Shown here one piece after another: positions 9,679 through 17,488 of a stretch of DNA of 43,625 nucleotides. The notes beneath the pieces were generated by a model that saw nothing but the letters and a program-made list of their open reading frames with translations, was not told the origin of the DNA and made no database searches. Numbering within the stretch: the stretch's first letter is position 1; every line of letters begins with the position of its first letter. The translations under genes and the position numbers were made by a program. This DNA is from Herminiimonas sp. (GTDB lineage Bacteria; Pseudomonadota; Gammaproteobacteria; Burkholderiales; Burkholderiaceae_D), in assembly GCF_030645555.1 (NCBI RefSeq), contig NZ_JAUSME010000322.1:1-43625 (forward strand). The letters run 5' to 3'.

Positions 9679-11472
9679 TCAGATACTCAACCAGTCATTG
9701 CGCAGTCGCACCGCAGTGACCGGCTTCGTCTCCACAGTCAAGCTCACATTCGGCGCATCAGCCGCATGCACTTTCGCCTTCAAATTCAATAATTCGTCAC
9801 GGCGAAATACGTGCAAATCGACAGCATCGCCGGCACGATAACGACTGAGCACACTATCCAGATTCGCTCCTGTCACACGCAAGCCATCAATCGCAACCAA
9901 CACGTCACCAGCCGATATGCCGGCCTTGTGCGCGGCGCCGTTTTCATAGACATTCGCCACCTTGCAATCGCTGCCATCGCGCACCGTGCGCAAGCCCAAA
10001 CCCGGTTTGCCATTCTTGCGCTCATCGGAAAATACTATGCCGAATGGCACCAGCAATTTCGCCAAAGGCAAGTCATCCGTTCCACGCACCCAACGATCCA
10101 GTAAGCGTTTCAACTTCAAACCGGTAACGCTATCGAACAAGTCATCGATTTCGTTTTCCGTCACCCCGCGTCCGGCAGCGCCGTCCTGATAAAAATCACG
10201 GCCATATTGCTGCCACAAGGCCAGCATCACATCGTCCAGCGATTTCTTGCCCTTGGTTTCTGCACGTATCGTCAGGTCGAGCGCAAGGCCGACCAGCGAT
10301 CCTTTGGTGTAATAGCTGACGATGGAATTGGTCGCGCTTTCATCCTGTCGATAATATTTAACCCACGCGTCGAAACTGGATTCGGCCACGCTTTGTTTAT
10401 GGCGACCACTACCGCGCAATACGCTGTTGACCGTTTTAGAAACCAGCTTCAGATATGCCGGCTCATCGATCACGCCGCTGCGCACCAACATCAAATCGTC
10501 GTAGTAACTGGTGAAGCCTTCAAACAACCACAGCAGTGGCGTGTAATTTTCGGTCGCCAGATCATAGGGCGCAAACGCCGCCGGCTTGATGCGCTTGACG
10601 TTCCAGGTATGAAAATATTCATGGCTGCACAAGCCGAGGAAGGTGCGATAACCATCGCTCATTTCCTTCTGTCCCTTGACCGGCAGGTCGGCACGCGAAC
10701 AGATCAGCGCAGTCGAGGCGCGATGCTCAAGGCCACCATATCCATCGCCGACCACCATCGTCATGAAAACGTAGCGATCTACCGGCGCGCGTTTGCTTTT
10801 GGGCTCAAAAAAGGCAATTTGCGTTTCGCATATTTTTTTCAAGTCTGCCGTCAGGCGCACCATATCCAGGTTAGGCACGCGTCCGGTAAACACGACATCG
10901 TGCTGCACCCCATGTGCCTTGAAAGTTGCCAAAGCAAAGGTTCCCAGTTCCACCGGATGATCGATCAGCTCATCATAGTTTGATGCAATGTAAGTACCAA
11001 AGCCATAACGCCTGGCTTCCAATTGTCGCATCGCAGTGGCAACGCGCCATTTGTCATAGTCGTCGCCTTGCGGCTTTTGAATATCGTCGATGTGCACGCT
11101 TTCTTCACGATCCTGGACGCGCAGGAAAACGCTAGTGCCATTGAAAAACCCGTGCGTCTGGTCCAGATGCGCGGTGCGCACCGACAAATCCCACGCATAT
11201 ACCTCGTAACGCACAATCAATGGTCCGCCACATTCATCGGCAATCCAGGTGTGCTTGTCGAGTTTGCTCAAGCCGACTTTTTTACCTTCAGATTCAGCGC
11301 TGATTTGCACGATGTTCCTGGCAAACTCGCGCATCATGTAACTGCCCGGTATCCACGCCGGCAAGGAGAAGCATTGCCCGATTTCATCTGGTTGATTGAC
11401 TGTCACCGTGACCGCATATAGATGCGCTGCCAGATCCTTGGGAACGATGGTGTAGTGAATTGCGTTGTTCAT
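9679..11472 (-). CDS. M61 family glycyl aminopeptidase with C-terminal PDZ domain
   Basis: LPAWIPGSY, GGLEH, zinc motif HEYFH-TWNVKR, LWLFEGFTSYY, SYYTKG. PDZ features GLG...AHKAGISAGD. Confidence 0.93.
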   Translation of the reverse strand: MNNAIHYTIVPKDLAAHLYAVTVTVNQPDEIGQCFSLPAWIPGSYMMREFARNIVQISAESEGKKVGLSKLDKHTWIADECGGPLIVRYEVYAWDLSVRTAHLDQTHGFFNGTSVFLRVQDREESVHIDDIQKPQGDDYDKWRVATAMRQLEARRYGFGTYIASNYDELIDHPVELGTFALATFKAHGVQHDVVFTGRVPNLDMVRLTADLKKICETQIAFFEPKSKRAPVDRYVFMTMVVGDGYGGLEHRASTALICSRADLPVKGQKEMSDGYRTFLGLCSHEYFHTWNVKRIKPAAFAPYDLATENYTPLLWLFEGFTSYYDDLMLVRSGVIDEPAYLKLVSKTVNSVLRGSGRHKQSVAESSFDAWVKYYRQDESATNSIVSYYTKGSLVGLALDLTIRAETKGKKSLDDVMLALWQQYGRDFYQDGAAGRGVTENEIDDLFDSVTGLKLKRLLDRWVRGTDDLPLAKLLVPFGIVFSDERKNGKPGLGLRTVRDGSDCKVANVYENGAAHKAGISAGDVLVAIDGLRVTGANLDSVLSRYRAGDAVDLHVFRRDELLNLKAKVHAADAPNVSLTVETKPVTAVRLRNDWLSI

Positions 11473-11545
11473 ACTGTGCCGTGGAAGGAATACGATACCG
11501 CTAGTTTAGCGGCATCCGCCGGCATGCGCATGAATGCGGCGCGCA

Positions 11546-11581
11546 AATGAAAACGGCCACGCAAGCGTGGCCGTTTTCATT
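11546..11581. terminator. Intrinsic terminator-like hairpin after dsbC
   Basis: Perfect inverted repeat AATGAAAACGGCCACGC-AA-GCGTGGCCGTTTTCATT. Confidence 0.75.
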
Positions 11582-11598
11582 ATTGCTGGATGCGCTGC

Positions 11599-12318
11599 TT
11601 ATTTGATGGTCGCCAGCTTCGCTTCCAGCGCCTTCGCATCGACTGCACCTGGTATGCGCGTCCCATCGGTGAAGATCAGCGTAGGTGTGCCGGTGACTTT
11701 CATACGGCGACCCAACGCCAGTACTTTTTCATGCGGTGCGACGCAATTCTCGGAGGCCGCCGGCGGAGATTCCCCTTTCAGCATCCAGTCGTCCCACGCT
11801 TTATTGCGATCGGCGGAACACCAGACATTGCGCGACTTCACGATGGAGTCTGGCGACAGGATGTTGTACATGAAAGTGTAGACAGTAATGTCAGTGACTC
11901 CCTGCAGCGTTTCGCGGAAGCGTTTGCAATACCCGCAATTCGGATCTTCAAATACGGCGATCACGCGCTTGCCATTACCCTTGACGTGTTTCATCGCAGC
12001 CTCCAGCGGCAAATCGCTGAATGCAACCTTGTTGATTTGGTCCAGGCGCGCCTTGGTGTAATCCTGATACGTCCTGGTATCGATGACGCGGCCGACGAAT
12101 AAATATTCGGCTTTCGCATCGGTATAGATGATGTCGCCATTCACCTGCACTTCGAACAGGCCGGAATACGGCGTTTTGCTGACGGATTTCACTTTTGCGT
12201 CTTCGCCCAGACGCGGCTCAATTACTTTTCTGACGGCGGCTTCCTGTGCGGTTTCCGCAAATGCAGTGGCAAATGCCAAACCCAGCAATGCCGCCACTGC
12301 GACCCTGATCATTTTCAT
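11599..12318 (-). CDS. dsbC: Thiol:disulfide interchange protein DsbC
   Basis: Signal peptide, dimerisation domain (TPYSGLFEV), FEDPNCGYC active site, cis-Pro GTPT. Confidence 0.93.
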   Translation of the reverse strand: MKMIRVAVAALLGLAFATAFAETAQEAAVRKVIEPRLGEDAKVKSVSKTPYSGLFEVQVNGDIIYTDAKAEYLFVGRVIDTRTYQDYTKARLDQINKVAFSDLPLEAAMKHVKGNGKRVIAVFEDPNCGYCKRFRETLQGVTDITVYTFMYNILSPDSIVKSRNVWCSADRNKAWDDWMLKGESPPAASENCVAPHEKVLALGRRMKVTGTPTLIFTDGTRIPGAVDAKALEAKLATIK

Positions 12319-12393
12319 ATTACGTTCCGTTCAAATTTTTGCAGCAGAAATCAAAGCGACTTGTACAGCGATGCATCAAAGGCCACATCACAG

Positions 12394-13575
12394 CTATCGT
12401 CCCAGCGCATGACCTATCAAACGCCTTTTTAAGACAGGCAACTTGTTCACCAAGTTCAATCCCAGATTGCGCGCCATGCGCAGCGGTTCGAACTCCGTGC
12501 CAAACAGGCGCGCCAAACCGTCGGTCGCCAGTTGCATCAGCAGTATATCTTCCTTGCGCGAACGGGCGTAAGACGACAGCACGCGCGCATCGCCGCAGTC
12601 GCGGTGTGCGCCACGCTCGGTCACGGCCTTGATCAAACCGACAACATCGGCAAAACCCAGGTTCATCCCGTGTCCGGCGAGCGGATGCACGACATGCGCC
12701 GCATCGCCGATCAGCGCCACGCGCGGCGCAGTAATCGCACGCGGGCGTATCAGGGACAAGGGGAAAGACTTCACGACTTCTGGCTGCAACGGCGACAAGG
12801 TACCCAGTTGCAGCGTCGACCATGCGGTGACGCGCGCAGCCAGCTGGGTCAGCGTTTCCTGCGACAGGATGTCAGCCAAGGCATCCGGCGCCGACCATAC
12901 CAGCGAAACCCTCAGGCCCGGCAAGGGTAGTAGCGCAATGATGCCTTCTGTTGCAGAGAACCATTGGTGCGCGACGCCATAATGCGGTTTTTCACATGCA
13001 AAATTGGTCACGATGGCGCGCTGGCCGTAAGGTCGATAATCGAAATCGATTTCGCATTGCGCACGCACCCACGATTGCCCGCCATCGGCACCCACCAGCA
13101 ACTCGGCTGCGAGCGTGTCTCCATTCTCCAGTTGCACGCAGGCCGCTTTCTCGTCAGCCTGCAGACTGGTCGCGCGGCCATGGACGATGCGCACATTCGA
13201 GGCAAACTTCAATGCGGCATCGAGCGCCTGATTCAAATTACGGTCCTCGACTATCCACGCCAGGGCGCCGACGCGCGCGCCGTAGGCATCAAATGCCAAT
13301 TCGCCGGCGGCATCGCCATGGACCGCCATCGAATCAACGGCTGCCACGCGCGTTGCATCCAGCGCTTCCCACACTTTGACAGCAGACAATAAATCGTGGC
13401 CCACATGATTGACGGCATAGACACGCGCATCCCAAACTTCAGTCGCCACGCTGGCAGCCGCACGGGAAGCCGGGCTCAATAGAGCAACCTTCAGCCCGGC
13501 TTGCGCAAAACCCAGCGCAGCCACCTTGCCGATGGCGCCATCGCCGATAATGCAAACGTCGCTTTGTATATGCAT
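12394..13575 (-). CDS. UbiH/UbiF/COQ6 family FAD-dependent ubiquinone biosynthesis hydroxylase
   Basis: Start MHIQSDVCIIGDGAIG; RVYA, LLVGADG, AHQWF, LIGDAAHVVHPLAGHGMNLG. Confidence 0.92.
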   Translation of the reverse strand: MHIQSDVCIIGDGAIGKVAALGFAQAGLKVALLSPASRAAASVATEVWDARVYAVNHVGHDLLSAVKVWEALDATRVAAVDSMAVHGDAAGELAFDAYGARVGALAWIVEDRNLNQALDAALKFASNVRIVHGRATSLQADEKAACVQLENGDTLAAELLVGADGGQSWVRAQCEIDFDYRPYGQRAIVTNFACEKPHYGVAHQWFSATEGIIALLPLPGLRVSLVWSAPDALADILSQETLTQLAARVTAWSTLQLGTLSPLQPEVVKSFPLSLIRPRAITAPRVALIGDAAHVVHPLAGHGMNLGFADVVGLIKAVTERGAHRDCGDARVLSSYARSRKEDILLMQLATDGLARLFGTEFEPLRMARNLGLNLVNKLPVLKRRLIGHALGR

Positions 13576-13662
13576 AAAGCAGTATCCGTGAAAAAGAAGA
13601 GGGGGAACTGAATGAATGACCCCATTATAGCGGCTGCCATCCATTCAAATTGAACATAAGCC

Positions 13663-13690
13663 TTGCATATTCCAATAGGTTTGCTATACT
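13663..13690 (+). promoter_or_regulatory. tRNA promoter (sigma70)
   Basis: TTGCAT, 16 bp spacer, TATACT with extended -10 TG and a GC-rich discriminator GCGCGCC, 10 nt before the tRNA. Confidence 0.7.
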
Positions 13691-13700
13691 TGCGCGCCTT

Positions 13701-13776
13701 GGCCTGGTAGCTCAGTCGGTAGAGCAGAGGATTGAAAATCCTTGTGTCGGTGGTTCGATTCCGCCCCGGGCCACCA
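13701..13776 (+). tRNA. tRNA-Phe (GAA)
   Basis: 76-nt cloverleaf GGCCTGG...CCGGGCCACCA; D-arm AGCTCAGTCGGTAGAGC; anticodon loop TTGAAAA; T-arm GGTTCGATTCC; encoded CCA. Confidence 0.98.
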
Positions 13777-13782
13777 AGATAT

Positions 13783-13817
13783 AAACCCGCGCAAATCATA
13801 GATTTGCGCGGGTTTTT
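13783..13817 (+). terminator. Intrinsic terminator after tRNA-Phe
   Basis: AAACCCGCGCAAATC-ATA-GATTTGCGCGGGTTTTT. Confidence 0.85.
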
Positions 13818-14031
13818 CTCTTTCTGGCACTACCTCACGCACAACATCCCTGCACGCAAACAGGAATACATCCGCCGGCACAAACCATGCGGCAAATTCC
13901 CTGATCCGCGACTTCCAAGCAACCTCATGCACGATGGCTTTTGATACTATCAAATGCGAAATGCCGCTGATTGCCAGGTGACAGCCGGCCTCCCTCCGTT
14001 TTTAATTTCAAGCGCTAAAGGTCAAATTTTC

Positions 14032-14418
14032 ATGAAACGATATTCCTGCTTGTTTGGACTGGTCTTGCTGGCGGCAAGTCAAATGGCTTACGCAAACGGC
14101 ATGAAAACTTACATGGCCGTTTGCACGGCTTGCCATACGGCTGGGGTTGCGGGCGCCCCCAAGTTGGGTGACAAACAAAAATGGGCACCTTTGATTGCAG
14201 AAGGCCAGGTGATTATCACTGCGCACGGCTATGTCGGCGTGCGGGGTATGCCAGCCAAAGGCGGGAAACCTGACTTGACAGTCGCAGAGTTTGCCGACGC
14301 CCTGAATTATATGGTCAAGCAGTCTGGCGGCGACTGGAAGCAACCGGATGCTGCCACCATGGATAAAATCAATGCCGAGATTGCCAGGAGACAAAAAGAG
14401 ATGAATGCAGGCAAATAA
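14032..14418 (+). CDS. Cytochrome c5 family c-type cytochrome
   Basis: Signal peptide, heme motif CTACH, GVAGAPKLGD, axial-ligand motif MPAKGG. Confidence 0.9.
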   Translation: MKRYSCLFGLVLLAASQMAYANGMKTYMAVCTACHTAGVAGAPKLGDKQKWAPLIAEGQVIITAHGYVGVRGMPAKGGKPDLTVAEFADALNYMVKQSGGDWKQPDAATMDKINAEIARRQKEMNAGK

Positions 14419-14636
14419 GCTTTGCCAGGGTTACGCTTGTGTAAAAACCGAGCGTTGATCGGCATTCCTTGAACCCCGCTGGAAATGGCAGATGCAATCC
14501 ATGCATTGACAAGCGCCTGTCAAATAGGCATCTTTGTGTAGTGCGATCCTGCATATCAACTCAATGAAGTCTGTAGTCGTTGTCGTCACAATGCTTTTAA
14601 AGTGTTTTTCGATTATCCATACTTGAGGGGGTTCCA

Positions 14637-14960
14637 ATGAATAAACTTTTAGCGTTGCTTATTTCCAGCGCATTTGCCACCTGCGCATTTGCTGCCGACC
14701 CGGCTGCGCCAGCTGCGGCAGGAGCCGCAGCCGGCAAGACTGCGCAACAAACCAGAATGACAAGCTGCAATAAAGATGCGGCCGGCAAGAAAGGCGATGA
14801 GCGCAAAGCCTTCATGAAAGAATGTCTCAGCGGCGACCCGAAAGTGAGTCCGGCACAACAGGCTCAACGTGACAGAATGAAAGCTTGCAATGCAGATGCC
14901 ACGACGATGAAGGGCGATGAGCGCAAAAAATTCATGAAAACCTGCCTGTCCAAGAAATAG
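14637..14960 (+). CDS. psiF: PsiF-family periplasmic protein (two PsiF repeats)
   Basis: Signal peptide, then two repeats: QQTRMTSCNKDA..KKGDERKAFMKECLS and QRDRMKACNADA..MKGDERKKFMKTCLS. GAGGGG RBS. Confidence 0.88.
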   Translation: MNKLLALLISSAFATCAFAADPAAPAAAGAAAGKTAQQTRMTSCNKDAAGKKGDERKAFMKECLSGDPKVSPAQQAQRDRMKACNADATTMKGDERKKFMKTCLSKK

Positions 14961-14987
14961 ACGGCCTTCCAAAAAATAGATCTGCTG

Positions 14988-15025
14988 AAAAATGGGCCAG
15001 ACACTTGCGTGTCTGGCCCATTTTT
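14988..15025. terminator. Bidirectional intrinsic terminator after psiF
   Basis: AAAAATGGGCCAGACAC-TTGC-GTGTCTGGCCCATTTTT. Confidence 0.85.
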
Positions 15026-15332
15026 CTGGTGGCGAGGCATTTCCCTATCTGCAGGCAGGCGCCCGGAAATGTTCCGTTTGACTGTCGCCCTATCGACCCA
15101 AAGAGGCAAGCGCCTTCGCATTTGATTGAACCAGCTAATTTATAAGAGTAAATTCAGTCGACTCATAAAGTCAGCGAAACACTGACATGATGCAAAAAAC
15201 AATCAATAATTAACATTCAGCTACTGTAATTTGTGAACTATTGTCACAACGCAATGCGCCGAAGACTCAACGCAGGAATACTTTGTTAAATTAGGGCTGC
15301 GAAATACTATCAACTTACAGAACGCCAAAAAT

Positions 15333-16022
15333 ATGCGAATTGCCGTACTTGATGATGACCGTAGCCAGACCGATTTAGTCTGTCAGGTTCTCAGCGCTGC
15401 CGGTCACTCCTGCCACCCGTTTCAAAGTGGCAAGGAATTACTGAACCAGCTGCGTCGTGAAAGCTTCGATATGCTGATTATCGATTGGCAGGTTCCTGAC
15501 TTGAGCGGTGCCGATGTCCTGCGCTGGGCGCGCGAAAAGCTGCCCGCCAACCTGCCGGTATTGTTCATGACCAGCCGCTCCGGTGAAGACGACATTGTTG
15601 CGGGCCTGGCTGCAGGCGCAGACGACTACATGATCAAGCCTATCCGTCGCGGCGAATTGCTGGCGCGGGTACAGGCATTGTTGCGCCGCGCCTACCCCAG
15701 CCAGAATCCCATCGAGCAGATCCAGTTTGGCGAATTCGTATTTGAAGCGCGCACCGGCCGTTTGACGATGTCCGGCACACCGATTGAAGTCACGCAAAAA
15801 GAATTTGATCTGGCCTTGCTGTTTTTCCGCAATCTGGGCCGGCCATTGTCACGCGCCTACATACTGGAAGCAGTGTGGGCACGCGATGTCGAGATTCCAT
15901 CCCGCACCATGGATACACATGTCTCCAGAGTGCGGAGCAAGTTACAATTACGTCCGGAACATGGTTTTCGACTGGCTCCGGTATACAGCTACGGCTATCG
16001 CCTGGAGCAAATGACGGCTTAG
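15333..16022 (+). CDS. OmpR/PhoB-family response regulator
   Basis: Receiver domain (IAVLDDD, phospho-Asp IIDW, GADDYMIKP) plus winged helix (TQKEFDLA, SRTMDTHVSRVRSKL, VYSYGYRL). Confidence 0.95.
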   Translation: MRIAVLDDDRSQTDLVCQVLSAAGHSCHPFQSGKELLNQLRRESFDMLIIDWQVPDLSGADVLRWAREKLPANLPVLFMTSRSGEDDIVAGLAAGADDYMIKPIRRGELLARVQALLRRAYPSQNPIEQIQFGEFVFEARTGRLTMSGTPIEVTQKEFDLALLFFRNLGRPLSRAYILEAVWARDVEIPSRTMDTHVSRVRSKLQLRPEHGFRLAPVYSYGYRLEQMTA

Positions 16023-16054
16023 CAAGGCGCACTTGAATTGCGCAGAAAGATCAA

Positions 16055-17467
16055 ATGCGCATTTCCCTACAAAAATGGATCGTCGTTGTCGCACTGATGC
16101 TTGGATGCCTGCCTGCCATCAGTACTGGCGCCGCCATTCCCGCACCTGGCAGCATCACCGTCCATCCTTCCGGCATTACCTACTACGCACAATTGGGTGA
16201 CACGCTGATCTCTATCGCGCAACGATGGACCAGCAAGACCGGCAATTGGGTCGCGCTCGGCAAAATCAACCAGGTCAACAAAGACAGCAATATCCCGATC
16301 GGTTCTCCGATCGTCATCCCAACGGAACTGCTGGCCGATGAAGCCAGCGAAGCAACCGTGATTGCCCGCAACGGCATGATCACCGCCACGTCTGCAGACG
16401 GCAGCTCGACTGCGCTTAACATCGGCAGCAAGATAGTCGAAGGCATGAAAATCAATACCGGGGCCAACAGCTTCATGACGATGGCACTGGTCGATGCGTC
16501 GCGCATTTCCCTGCCATCGAACAGCAGCGTACTGATTGCCAAATTGCGCAAAGCCCTTTATACCGGCAGCCCGCGCACCGAAATCAAGCTGTTGCGTGGA
16601 CGCGTAGTATCGCGTGTCACGCCGCTGGATACCAACAAAGGGCGCTTTGAAGTCCGCACGCCATTCTCGGTGGCCGGTGTACGCGGCACCCATTTCCGCG
16701 TCAGCCTTGACAACAGCAAGGCAAGGACCGAAGTACTGGATGGACTGGTCGCAGTCGGCTCGCTCCGTGCGCCGGAAACACGCATGCTGGCCCTCGCCAA
16801 AGGCAACGTCATCACACCCGATGTGATCGGACCTGCGATCGATCTATTACCCGCACCGCAATTGGCAAGCACACCGTACCGGCAGGATGGCGCGGCAAAA
16901 TTTGTGCTTGCTCCCATCGCAGATGCGCGCTCCTATCACGTGCAAATCGCGCAGGATGCTGAAATGCTGCACATGCTGGCAGAAGCCGGTAGCAATACCC
17001 GCGAGCTCGTCATCAACGATATCCGGGAGGGCAATTACTTTGTGCGCATAGCTGCCATCGACAAGTTCGGACTGGAAGGCATGCCGCGCACGCTTGCTGT
17101 CACCATCAACAATCGCAGCGAAGCCGAGCAGGAATTACCTACCCAGGCTGCGCCATCGGTAGCACACAGCGACCAGAAGGAATTGGCTCTACGCTGGCCG
17201 GGGTCCGCCAGCCAGAAGTACAACGTTCAAGTGGCGCGCGACCTGGAATTCAGCTGGCTGTTGTTTACCAGCAGCGTCGCCGGCAATGAAATCAAGCTTC
17301 CGCGCCCATCGTTCGGTACCTATTTCGCCCGTGTACAAAGCATTAATGCAGACGGCAGCAGCAATCCGTTTTCTTCTGCTCAGACCTTGATAGTGACGGA
17401 TCAGTGGATCATCAACGACGGGCAACCCCTGCCTCCGAAAAAAATGTCCCGTAGCACAACGCCATAA
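16055..17467 (+). CDS. Secreted LysM + FecR-domain protein with C-terminal Fn3/Ig-like repeats
   Basis: Signal peptide; LysM-like YYAQLGDTLISIA...N...IPIGSPIVIP; FecR-like INTGANS...FEVRTPFSVAGVRGTHFRV...EVLDGLVAV; two repeats YxVQxAxD...GxYFxRxxxI. Confidence 0.85.
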   Translation: MRISLQKWIVVVALMLGCLPAISTGAAIPAPGSITVHPSGITYYAQLGDTLISIAQRWTSKTGNWVALGKINQVNKDSNIPIGSPIVIPTELLADEASEATVIARNGMITATSADGSSTALNIGSKIVEGMKINTGANSFMTMALVDASRISLPSNSSVLIAKLRKALYTGSPRTEIKLLRGRVVSRVTPLDTNKGRFEVRTPFSVAGVRGTHFRVSLDNSKARTEVLDGLVAVGSLRAPETRMLALAKGNVITPDVIGPAIDLLPAPQLASTPYRQDGAAKFVLAPIADARSYHVQIAQDAEMLHMLAEAGSNTRELVINDIREGNYFVRIAAIDKFGLEGMPRTLAVTINNRSEAEQELPTQAAPSVAHSDQKELALRWPGSASQKYNVQVARDLEFSWLLFTSSVAGNEIKLPRPSFGTYFARVQSINADGSSNPFSSAQTLIVTDQWIINDGQPLPPKKMSRSTTP

Positions 17468-17488
17468 GAAACTCACGACAAGTACTTG

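Noticed and set aside
13850-14000. c-di-GMP-I riboswitch upstream of cytochrome c5 (GGCAAA...GACAGCCGG)
   Set aside because: Lacks the GAAA-tetraloop stem and GACGCAAA core in the correct spacing; the resemblance is only partial.
14750-14950. Direct repeat containing GGCGATGAGCGCAAA
   Set aside because: Explained by the two protein-level PsiF repeats; not a CRISPR or mobile-element repeat.
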